Origin: a virus
Taxonomy: Duplodnaviria > Caudoviricetes
DNA length: 64,000 nucleotides
Direction: 5' to 3' (one strand)
Virus record (IMG/VR): IMGVR_UViG_3300021399_000122
Span: 40,849-104,848 of that record
Shown here: piece after piece, positions 53,610 through 62,615 of the stretch
How the letters are laid out: each line of letters starts with the position of its first letter
How positions within the stretch are numbered: the stretch's first letter is position 1
Position numbers and translations under genes: made by a program
The notes under the pieces: generated by a model
What the model was told of the DNA's origin: nothing
The model's database searches: none
Seen by the model: the letters and a program-made list of their open reading frames with translations, nothing else

Positions 53610-54503
53610 TTAGTTATATACTGACGGTCGTTCAGGCTCTGACTGTTGTGCCACAGGAGCTGCAGGGAGCGTGAATGAATACTTCTGTGGAGCAACTTCC
53701 GGTTCGTTGTCCATAACGTCCGGCGAGTCGTACTCTTCCAGCGAGCTGTCGACCAGATAGTTCTCTGTCTCTGAACCAAGATTCAACTTCTTATAAGCCT
53801 CCTCAATTTCCTCACCCGTAATACCGATGTAATCCAACGTCTGTGCTGGCGAAGAATGATTCAACATCTTCTGAAGAAGCAGAAGTTTTCTTGTGTCGTT
53901 GTTGCTCATCACCATCTGGTGGTAACAGAATGTTTTTCTTAGCGTGTGGGTAGACACCTTGGCTGTAATTCCAAGCTCGTTCGCAATGTCGCCCAGTATT
54001 CTGTTTACAGACCGGATAGTGATTGGTTTACCCGAGTTCTTACCACGGTTTCCTTCGCATCTGAACATGTAATCGCTGAGGGAAACCCCGGGAGTGTGTT
54101 CGAGGTACAATGTGACCGCTTCGACGACTGCGTTATTAATCGTCACATAACGGTTCTTCTTTCTTTTCCTTGTGTTCCTCGTCTTCTTTTCGAAAACCGG
54201 GAACGCATCTTTAAATGTCAGGTTATCATTGATCAGGTTTGAAAACCTCAGGACAACAAGGTCGCTGATTCTTAACCCGAAGTTAATTCCAACAATGAAC
54301 AGCATGTTGTCCCGATATCTGCCTTTGGAGATCAGGAATTTAGAAATCCTGTTAATGTCATGCAAGCTTTTGATTGGCTCCGCTGCATGCTCTGGAGCCA
54401 ACTCACAATGCGTCACCTCTTTCGCCGGCGCAATCATGCCGGCATCAAGTTTTCTCGCCCTGTTTTCTTTCAAAACCCTGACGTTGATTGTTGACTCACC
54501 CAT
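53610..54503 (-). CDS. Second tyrosine recombinase (catalytic-domain only)
   Basis: 'GLRISDL', 'EKKT', 'THTLRKTF' and 'LNHSS...TLDYIG' are all intact. Confidence 0.9.
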   Translation of the reverse strand: MGESTINVRVLKENRARKLDAGMIAPAKEVTHCELAPEHAAEPIKSLHDINRISKFLISKGRYRDNMLFIVGINFGLRISDLVVLRFSNLINDNLTFKDAFPVFEKKTRNTRKRKKNRYVTINNAVVEAVTLYLEHTPGVSLSDYMFRCEGNRGKNSGKPITIRSVNRILGDIANELGITAKVSTHTLRKTFCYHQMVMSNNDTRKLLLLQKMLNHSSPAQTLDYIGITGEEIEEAYKKLNLGSETENYLVDSSLEEYDSPDVMDNEPEVAPQKYSFTLPAAPVAQQSEPERPSVYN

Positions 54504-57099
54504 ATTCCCCTCCTTACTCTTCTTTGAGTATATTCATTCTCGTTTCAATCCCTTCAAAGTACATCTCAATAGTACCCTCTTTCACGTTTGCGTCAAGGGT
54601 TTCGTCTTCAAAACCCTCAAGGTCGATATAGAACTCGTTGAACACAACCGGATACTGTGACATCAATTCATACTGGAGAAGGTCGGTGTTGGCAAATGCC
54701 GTGTCGTCGAGGTCGCGCACTTCGCAATGAACGACATACGGATCATTGTCATCCAGCCACTGAATAGATGTGAAGAAATCAAACTGTACGACGTTGTCTC
54801 CGAAAGCAACCTCATAGCCACCTGGCGAAGCGAGTGTCTCTGAAATAGGTTTGTTGAAGACAAGATCAAAAGTCATAGCTCTGAGTTTAGACATATTGTA
54901 TTTTCTCCTTCCAATTTAAAAGCCCGCCTTAACAGCGGGCTCTTATTTCCATTTGTAATTCGGCGAATCAAATAAGTGATAAACAAACTTTGAAGGTTTC
55001 ATATAGGCAAGACGCCCATCCCCGATTTGCTCGAGGTGGACATCAAGTCCTTTTTGATTCCAGTAATATTCAATCCTTCGGCATATTCTACGATTAACCA
55101 GTTCTTCTACCCCATAATTCAGCCTCAGTTCGTCCTTCCATTCGGGGATGGCTTTGCCAACTTTTGCCAAACGCAAAGCAACAAACCAGTTCACAAAGTT
55201 GATTTCCGAGAAGTATCCGGCACGAGCCCTGAACCCATCCAAAGAAACCTCATCTTTGTAGTTGCTGCCGTAGATATAAAACAGATCGTCTTTAAATTCC
55301 TTGATTAAATAGTTCTGTGTATATGGTCTCACCCTGTTGTCTTCTTTATAGTGAGACATGATCTCATCAAATATTCTCTTGTACTCTTTATCACTGGCTC
55401 TAATTCTCCGAATGAACATCTCCTCATCTGGTATTGCATTTCTTTCAAAGCTCCCCTTGTTTACACCGACAGCTAACTTAAGGACAAACAAAAGAGCATA
55501 AAAGAGAATGCCGAATACCATAAGGACGAATGAACATATAAAGCCTAGTGTCATAAAACCTCACTTAATCATCTTTGGGGTTGACGTTGAATAGCGCCAG
55601 CACGAAGACAAGCGCGACACAAGCCAGCACGAGGTAGCCGATTAACCACCTCATTTATTATAGCCCTCCCTAGATACATAGTTGCAATAGTATTTACTAA
55701 TCTCAGTTGCCTTCTTGTCGGCTTGACGAATACCCTCTTCGGCTGCTTCCATACGCTTAATGATATCCTTAATCTCCGTACTGTTCCCTTCGAATGCCTT
55801 CTGCATACTTATAGTGTTGGCGTTCGTTGCTTCGACAACCTCATTCAGATGGTTAGCCATCGAGCTGATTCTTTTGTCGAGCTTTTTGACATCATCCGCA
55901 TCGCCTTTGATTGTCTTGGAATTCCCCAAAGACAGGTAAAGCACGACGGCACAGAGAATCATGTTCAGAACAAGCATAGCAGCAAAGAATAAATTCATAT
56001 GTATACACCTCCTATTTAAGCATTTAAAAACAGGCTTTTAAAAGCCCGATCATAATGATCTCGATCCTCATCCGTAAAGGAGCCGAACTCCTCATAAGAA
56101 TCATACACAAAATCTAACATCTCAACGTCGATCCACGACGCCGGGGCATCATCGCCTTCAAGTTTCACATATACTCTGCCATTGTACCAAGACCTTGTTA
56201 TATTGCTGATCCGGAACACGCGCCCCAAATAAGACTCGACGTGCAAACCGGCAGGCACCAAAATACCGTCAACGACAAGGCTTCCTTTAAACTCCACCCT
56301 CTTGCCAATACATTTATGGTAATCCATGATATTCACTCTCCGTTTCTTATGGCGTCAATCGCCATCTGCATCGCATCCAGAAAGCCGGGGATAACCAAGT
56401 CAACCGCTTTCCCACAAACCTTTGTAGCTTGAGTCAAAATATTTATTGCCTCTTCGCTCGTCATGCAGTGCTCACCTTGGAAAGGCACTGCGTGCGTGAC
56501 TCAAATACAATGTTGTCCGGCCTCTCGACCGTATGAAGTCTGAACTTCATTCGTTCCATTTCCTTCTTCGGGTGGAAATTGTACATTTCCCCGATAATTT
56601 CATCGAATACCTTACCGTATCTTTCATACGCATACTGCGTCATCCACCATTCAGTTTCAACTTCTGGATGATTCGCATTCCAGTTTGGCTCTGGTAATAC
56701 CTTCAGGACTCTGTTGCGTTCATACCCATCAAAAACCGTGAAGACATCTCTCCACGGTTCATTGTCTGACATGCGCACTTCATATCTGTAATACATAACC
56801 TCACCTCACACTACTGTTGAGCCGTTTGTAAACTTCCTCAACCGAGATACCATACTTCTTGGCTATCTCAGACGGCTTCGAACCATTGTTATACATCGAC
56901 TTGATGCCTCGGGTCTTACGATCTCTTGCGCTACGTCTGACCCGAGAAATCTCCTCTTTGCGTTCCTTGAGGTAGGCCTGGTCGCAATCATAACAGAGAT
57001 ACCCATTTCCATGTCCGTATCTCTCAATTCCGAGGATGCCTACCTCCTTACCGCAGACCATGCAATACCTCTTGAGGCTTGCATAAGTCGGCTTCGACA

Positions 57100-57525
57100 T
57101 TAGAAACCACCCTGCTTCAGCATCAGTTTGAACTCGGCTGCCTTGCGCTTCTCACCAACCTTGACGCCATCGTCAAAACTCGCCTGTAATCTGCGGTTAA
57201 ATTCCCCGGCGAGCTGTTCGACTGTCGCGAGTTTTAATGCCTTGGAAACATCATGCTGTTCGACCTTTACCGACTTGCGGTCTTCGACCCATGCGAGCAG
57301 ATCGGCTTCTTTGATCATGTATGTATGTCTTCCATTTCTGCCCGGGACTGTTGACGCGACCAAAACACCCTTGTTGATCGCATTGTGGATGGTTGAAACA
57401 GATACACCTGCCTCTTTGGCTGCTGTCTCAATCTTGTAATACTTGTCGTTGTTGTTTGTTCTGTTTGCGATTTCTGTCATAGTTCCTCCATTGTTCGCTG
57501 TGTTGCTCATAACCCCTCCTAGCAT
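57100..57525 (-). CDS. MerR/excisionase-like HTH DNA-binding protein
   Basis: 'IETAAKEAGVSVSTIHNAINKG.L.A......Y.I...DL..W'. Confidence 0.65.
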   Translation of the reverse strand: MLGGVMSNTANNGGTMTEIANRTNNNDKYYKIETAAKEAGVSVSTIHNAINKGVLVASTVPGRNGRHTYMIKEADLLAWVEDRKSVKVEQHDVSKALKLATVEQLAGEFNRRLQASFDDGVKVGEKRKAAEFKLMLKQGGF

Positions 57526-57821
57526 TTTTCCTCATATGTATCCAGATCAATATAGATGTGCTCAAGCCCGAGCCTGTCTCCATCCTGATCGGTCGGTTCA
57601 TCTTCCACAAACTTCCCCGCCGAAACCGCCATTGCGATTGCATCAGCTGGTTGTGATGGATCTGGGAGATAACCATCGTGTGAAAGCATTGCGAGATACT
57701 TCCTTGCTCTGTGAATAACCTCAAAGAGGCTCATGCTCACAAACGTCTGATCAATGTCTGGAACATATAATGAATAACCGTTCCGTCGAGATGTCAGCAG
57801 CCCTGAAAAAACGTACTGCAT
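57519..57821 (-). CDS. HicB-like protein
   Basis: 'GYSLYVPDI....SL.E....AR..L......G..LP.PS' resembles the HicB N-domain. Confidence 0.5.
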   Translation of the reverse strand: MQYVFSGLLTSRRNGYSLYVPDIDQTFVSMSLFEVIHRARKYLAMLSHDGYLPDPSQPADAIAMAVSAGKFVEDEPTDQDGDRLGLEHIYIDLDTYEEKC

Positions 57822-57847
57822 TTTAAGAACCCTCCTTCCTTATTTTA

Positions 57848-58447
57848 TTAGTGCTCTTTAAGCTCTACTGATTGTCCATGCTTAAGAAACCAGCAGCCCT
57901 TCTCTGCTATTGCACACTGTTCGCAGCTCCCTCCACATAGGAAGGCATTCTTTGGCGCGGTTGTAGTTCCGTCACGGAATCGTATATGTGCTGTCGGTAA
58001 ATTGTGTGGATTTTTGTATGCATACCCAGGCCATACTGAGAAAACCAAGATAAGGTTCTTGGGTATACGGTGATGATCAAGATAGTTATTTACAATGTCA
58101 TACTTCTTTGTGAAACACAGAGCCCTGCAATGTTTGTTCTTTCTAACGTGCCTCGCCATATCGTCAAGGTATCTCTCGTTAGGAATATCTCCTGCTACAT
58201 GGAAACGAAAAAATCGAGACATCATCATAGACGCCTCGATTTCCCGCCAGTATTCGACGGGGTCTTTCTGTAAAATTGAATAATTCTTTGAATACGCCAT
58301 CCTGACATTAGAGCGGCGCTTCATATACCGCCCAGCATAACATTTCTTTTTGCAAGGGACATCATCACTGCATGTCAGATATGCGGGCAAAGAAATGCTC
58401 GGGATTGTCCCGAGCTTTGAATTTCCCTTACTGATAGAAACGCTCAT
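57848..58447 (-). CDS. Gp88-like Cys-rich phage protein
   Basis: 'GNSKLG.IPSISLP..TC....PC...CYA...FRFHVAGDI'. Confidence 0.65.
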   Translation of the reverse strand: MSVSISKGNSKLGTIPSISLPAYLTCSDDVPCKKKCYAGRYMKRRSNVRMAYSKNYSILQKDPVEYWREIEASMMMSRFFRFHVAGDIPNERYLDDMARHVRKNKHCRALCFTKKYDIVNNYLDHHRIPKNLILVFSVWPGYAYKNPHNLPTAHIRFRDGTTTAPKNAFLCGGSCEQCAIAEKGCWFLKHGQSVELKEH

Positions 58448-59367
58448 CTGAATTCCCTTTCAAGATCCTCGATCCTGTCATTCGCATCATCGAGGCATGT
58501 GGCGAGATGCTCGATAGTTTCCATTGCATCCCAGAGAATCCGCTTGCTGTTTTCGCTACGTGCTCTTGCCCACATTGAGTTAAGCTTGTTGAGAATTGAA
58601 TCACACTTTTCGAAATTATTCATGTCTCCTCCTTTAACACTCCCCACGCGATTAAAACCCGTTCAATTGCCCATGCGTTCAGTGCAGTCGTCAAACGTAC
58701 GCTGTTCTTCCTCTCTGCTTAAATTCCCGGACAGCACCGCGCAACAGCACACAGTCAACACAAGCGCTCCAGTAATCATACCGAGTACAAATGTCATTCT
58801 TCTTCCCTCTTTTCTCCCCATGAGCAGAAGTCATTTTCGTCTGTTCCGAAGTTACCACCACCTCTTAAGCGACAAACTTTATAGACAGTCGGAACGTTCC
58901 AATAACTGTCTGAGCCGTAGTCAATGTCGAAGAACTCACAGTCTTTGCATCTGATCACAGGTGCAACATCAACTGCAGGGATCTGATTCCATTTATCATC
59001 TTCCAAGACACCCCACGCAATTAAAACCCGTTCAATGTCGTAGCAAAGAATCCCGTAGTCAGACCCGTATAAGATCGCAGGGTTATCGCTTTCTTCTTTT
59101 TCGCTGTTCGGGATGTCAATACCCTTCTCTTCCAGAAAATCTTCGATCGCATCCATGATATTGCCGAGAAATTCTGCCCGATCATTTCCGTTAATATCCA
59201 TAAATTACCCCTTTGCTTTCGCGTTGCTTACCGCTTAGATACCTCGACAAGAAGGCATATGATAACAAAGTTCAACAGACAGATCGCGTATAAAAGCTCA
59301 TTACGAATTACTAGGATAGTGGATAATACCACACCTATCCCAATTAATATGCTATGCAAAACTCCCA

Positions 59368-59826
59368 TCATTCCTCCTCTAGTTCCCCAACGAGCGTGCC
59401 AAGCCCCATCATTTTCGAAATCAGATAAGCTGTGTATCCATCGGTGAGCAGATACATATCATCGCCGAGCTCATCATATTTCTTAAAAGCCACACGAGTT
59501 TCGAACTTTTTAAACCTACGCCATTCCTCATAGCGGTCAGCAAGTTTCTGCACGTGTGGAGGATTTTCGACAAACTCATCCGGGATAACGATGTTCCACA
59601 TATTCACAGAGATCGCTTTGTGTTTATCAACAAGCGTCTTGCGGATTGTTGGCGTGTCGTCAAGATACCCTGCTCCGACAACCGTGCAAACCGTTGGTTT
59701 GGAACCCCACATAATTAAAACGGAGTCGCCAATACCGTACTGTTTGACGCCTCCCTCCATGAAACGAATCTGGTTGTACTCTTCCGAATAAACCATCCAG
59801 ACAAGCATTGCTCTATGCTTCTCCAT
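59368..59826 (-). CDS. Hypothetical protein
   Basis: ORF track; RBS AAGGAGG. Confidence 0.55.
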   Translation of the reverse strand: MEKHRAMLVWMVYSEEYNQIRFMEGGVKQYGIGDSVLIMWGSKPTVCTVVGAGYLDDTPTIRKTLVDKHKAISVNMWNIVIPDEFVENPPHVQKLADRYEEWRRFKKFETRVAFKKYDELGDDMYLLTDGYTAYLISKMMGLGTLVGELEEE

Positions 59827-59989
59827 TGCCGTCCTCCTTTAACTTGCAAAGCATGGCTTCGCAGACCCTGCTCAATTCCTTAATTTCCTCGTCGTAATAC
59901 TTCAACTGCTCAGCGATCAGTTCGGGAGGCAGGCCGCTGTTCTTGAGCGACACAACTCCCTCTCGAATGTTTTGAAAAACCTCATCCAT
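59813..59989 (-). CDS. Small 58-aa protein directly downstream of the retron ncRNA array (not in the ORF track)
   Basis: MDEVFQNIREGVVSLKNSGLPPELIAEQLKYYDEEIKELSRVCEAMLCKLKEDGNGEA*; its RBS region is nearly identical to that of the RT. Confidence 0.6.
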   Translation of the reverse strand: MDEVFQNIREGVVSLKNSGLPPELIAEQLKYYDEEIKELSRVCEAMLCKLKEDGNGEA

Positions 59990-60008
59990 TTCTTTCTCCT
60001 TTCATAAG

Positions 60009-60217
60009 ATTACATGGCTAGTGCAATTTGCTTTTATCTAAATGCGAGCACCTTTTGTTTTAGACATGCGAAGTTTACGGAGCATGTATAAAACTAAAGC
60101 TGCGAGTATTTCGATAAATGCATAAGTGCTGACCGGAAGAAAACCGGACAAATCTTTACCATCGCTTACAGCGGTGGCCGTTTGTGGAAATTTTAAACAA
60201 ACGAATGCCCATGCAAT
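60009..60217 (-). ncRNA. Retron-like msr-msd unit 4
   Basis: a2 ATTGCATGG (60217-60209) pairs with a1 CCATGTAAT (60017-60009), one G-U. Branch G at 60208; hairpins CGTTTGT/ACAAACG and GCCACCGCT-GTA-AGCGATGGT. Confidence 0.75.
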
Positions 60218-60224
60218 TTGATAA

Positions 60225-60390
60225 GCCTCGAACAGGCGAACTATACTGTCTTAGTTCGCGATAAACCGGATGATTTTTCCGGACGGAAGGCCGGAAAAAT
60301 TAGAAACACCGGTTCGCGAGCGAGTCATTACTGTCGCTGACAGCAACAGCCATATCGATTACTATGTATTGATATGAATTGCTTCGAGGC
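60225..60390 (-). ncRNA. Retron-like msr-msd unit 3
   Basis: a2 GCCTCGAA (60390-60383) pairs with a1 TTCGAGGC (60232-60225). Branch G at 60382; hairpins CATATC/GATATG and GCTGTTGCT-GTC-AGCGACAGT; long msd hairpin at about 60256-60319. Confidence 0.8.
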
Positions 60391-60642
60391 GAAGCCTGCG
60401 CATACTGGAATTTGTCACATATGACTACTTTGTAAGATGTTGGAGGTAATTGAGGAGGATATAATCATGCTCCCAGCATACGCAGGCTATGTATATTACC
60501 AAGGGCCGACATAGCCAACTAAAACCCTTAGTAACCAAGATGAAATCGGCTTTTGATCTCCAACTCAATGAGCAGTATGATCCTTGGTCGAAGCCGAAGA
60601 ACCCGTTTATGCCATTCTCATTTTTCAGATATGGCTAAGAGC

Positions 60643-60978
60643 GCTTAAACTCTCTTTTATTTCCTGACATCTGGGGACGACGGGATCGTGTTTTTCCGCC
60701 GGCTCAGCTGTATAAAAACTCGGGGGACACTAGAAGATCTATTGGTTTTGCCAATCGAAGTATTCCGATTTCGAATAATTTTATTCCACACAAGAATACT
60801 TATATTCGTTTCAATCCCTATAAATCATATCAGAGTTGAACGATTTTGTCATCTCGGGATAACGCTACAAGTTGCAAGTTGCTGCGTTACCCGGAGGGCA
60901 CATGCTTTCCTTCTCGAGTTGTAACTTCCGCTAACAGCAGAAGCTCTTGATTAAAAACCAAGACATTGCAGTTTAAGC
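60643..60978 (-). ncRNA. Retron-like msr-msd unit 2
   Basis: a2 GCTTAAACT (60978-60970) pairs with a1 AGTTTAAGC (60651-60643). Branch G at 60969; msr about 85% identical to unit 1 over ~66 nt. Confidence 0.82.
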
Positions 60979-60996
60979 ATTTTTAATTAGACTAGT

Positions 60997-61374
60997 TTAG
61001 TACCATTCGTCATACACGACATCGTAATTATCGAAGTCAACCTCTTTCAATATTCTATCAAAGAGTTCAGCAGTGTATTGAACATCATCGTAGTAATACT
61101 CGTCATACTGATCGCTCCCGAAGAAAAAACCGTACGACACAGGAAGAAGTTCCTTTGATACCTTTTCTGATCGGCTGATGAGAACCTTATCACAAATATC
61201 AGCAAGCTCCTCAATCTTATCTTTCGGGATCACGGTTTCGCTATTGTCTCTAAAACCGTCGACGTTGTTTGCGATCCATCCACGAATCTGGTTTGCCTTT
61301 CTCCAGTATCCGAGCTCCTCGCCTTTCTTTTCGCTTTTCTTTTGACGCTTTTTAATCCACATATCCAGTCCCAT
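60997..61374 (-). CDS. Hypothetical 'MGLDM' phage protein between the RT and the ncRNA array
   Basis: 'MGLDM...YWRKANQI..W...LLP...GFFFGS..YDEYY' motif; RBS GGAGG. Confidence 0.7.
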   Translation of the reverse strand: MGLDMWIKKRQKKSEKKGEELGYWRKANQIRGWIANNVDGFRDNSETVIPKDKIEELADICDKVLISRSEKVSKELLPVSYGFFFGSDQYDEYYYDDVQYTAELFDRILKEVDFDNYDVVYDEWY

Positions 61375-61391
61375 AACTACCCTCCTTTCGA

Positions 61392-62597
61392 TTAGAATGG
61401 ACTCTCATAAGGGTCAACTTCATCTTCCTGACGTCCTTTCAGATCTGCCTTAATTGAAGCCATGATATCGACCCCGAACTTCTGGTTCAGCTTTTTAATA
61501 ATCCCAAGCGTGCACTCCTTTTCGATCATCATCACATATGAGATATTACCCTGAAGAACCTGAACATCTCCGAGTTCCCATTTATTCCCGTTGCGCTTGT
61601 CGAGAATATAAGATGTGATTGCGGCTTTCAATTCCCGCTTTCTCTTGTGCCCAACTGTGATCTGGTTGTCTTTGTTCAGCATGACCCCAAGGTTCCAGTT
61701 TTGCCCAGACCTAGATCCATACCTTGTCTTCTCTGCGTTCAGTCTGTACGGTGCATCGAAGCGCTGTAAAACCTCGTTGATCACCTGCTCAATCTTCCTT
61801 ACGTTGAAGTCATACTTCGAACTGACAAGGAAATCATCAGCGTATCTTGTGTAAATGAATCTCTGCTTATCGAGCTGGTGAAACTTGCGTGCAAGCTCAT
61901 GGTCAATTGGAACCATGATGAGATTTGTGATCGTCGGAGAAAACGGAGTCCCCTGCGGTAAACCGCCGTCAAGAAATGCAAGGTCTAAGGCTTTTGATAA
62001 TAATGCCCTGCCACCGATATCTCGCATGACGATATTGTATGGATATATCATCGACAACTGTTTAAGCACGAACTCCTTGGTGGTATTTCCAAAGAAATTT
62101 GAAAGATCGAATTTCCCGAACCACATGCTCTCGTTTGCCTGATGCCTCTTAACCGCATCGACCGTGCTCCGTCCCTTGATATACGCGAAAGCTGCTGTGT
62201 GATACAGGGAAAGACCCCCCGAGGTGCTCCCTCCCCATTCGAAGATCTGTTTCAGCTCCCTTAAAGCATCCGCAAGTTCTTTATTTGGCGCATCAATTTT
62301 TCGAAAGCCATGGGTTTTCTTTGGAATATAAAACTCCCTGTACAGGGAGCTCATATCGTCAAGGAATAAATCCTTATGATCTTCATTGAATCGTTTCAGC
62401 CTATTGATCAGTGCGTCAATATCAACACCGACTTTTTCAGACATCCGTCGTGGGACGCTATAGCCGTCACACCGGTATGTCACTGTGTTTGTACCCTTAC
62501 AGTTTGTGTAATGGAAATTTATTTTTCCCGAAAACAATTCCTCCAAAGTCATCTGATGATTGATAAACTTTGGAGCGGGCGTGATCACATAAAACAT
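61392..62597 (-). CDS. Retron-type reverse transcriptase
   Basis: 'Y.EF.IPKK..G.R.I.AP', region X 'AFAYIKGRS..DAVKRH', 'DLSNFF', 'LPQGTPFSP..TN' and 'YTRYADD'. 401 aa with no maturase or endonuclease domain; msr-msd immediately upstream. Confidence 0.92.
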   Translation of the reverse strand: MFYVITPAPKFINHQMTLEELFSGKINFHYTNCKGTNTVTYRCDGYSVPRRMSEKVGVDIDALINRLKRFNEDHKDLFLDDMSSLYREFYIPKKTHGFRKIDAPNKELADALRELKQIFEWGGSTSGGLSLYHTAAFAYIKGRSTVDAVKRHQANESMWFGKFDLSNFFGNTTKEFVLKQLSMIYPYNIVMRDIGGRALLSKALDLAFLDGGLPQGTPFSPTITNLIMVPIDHELARKFHQLDKQRFIYTRYADDFLVSSKYDFNVRKIEQVINEVLQRFDAPYRLNAEKTRYGSRSGQNWNLGVMLNKDNQITVGHKRKRELKAAITSYILDKRNGNKWELGDVQVLQGNISYVMMIEKECTLGIIKKLNQKFGVDIMASIKADLKGRQEDEVDPYESPF

Positions 62598-62615
62598 TTC
62601 TCTCTCCTTTCATAC

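Noticed and set aside
49418-57821. HicB-like gene as antitoxin of the MazF-like toxin
   Set aside because: The families are non-cognate and the genes are 7.6 kb apart; the sequence gives no support.
60000-61000. CRISPR array
   Set aside because: There are no identical regularly spaced repeats, the units are 166-336 nt, and there is no cas operon. The Cas4-like nuclease lies in the recombination module.
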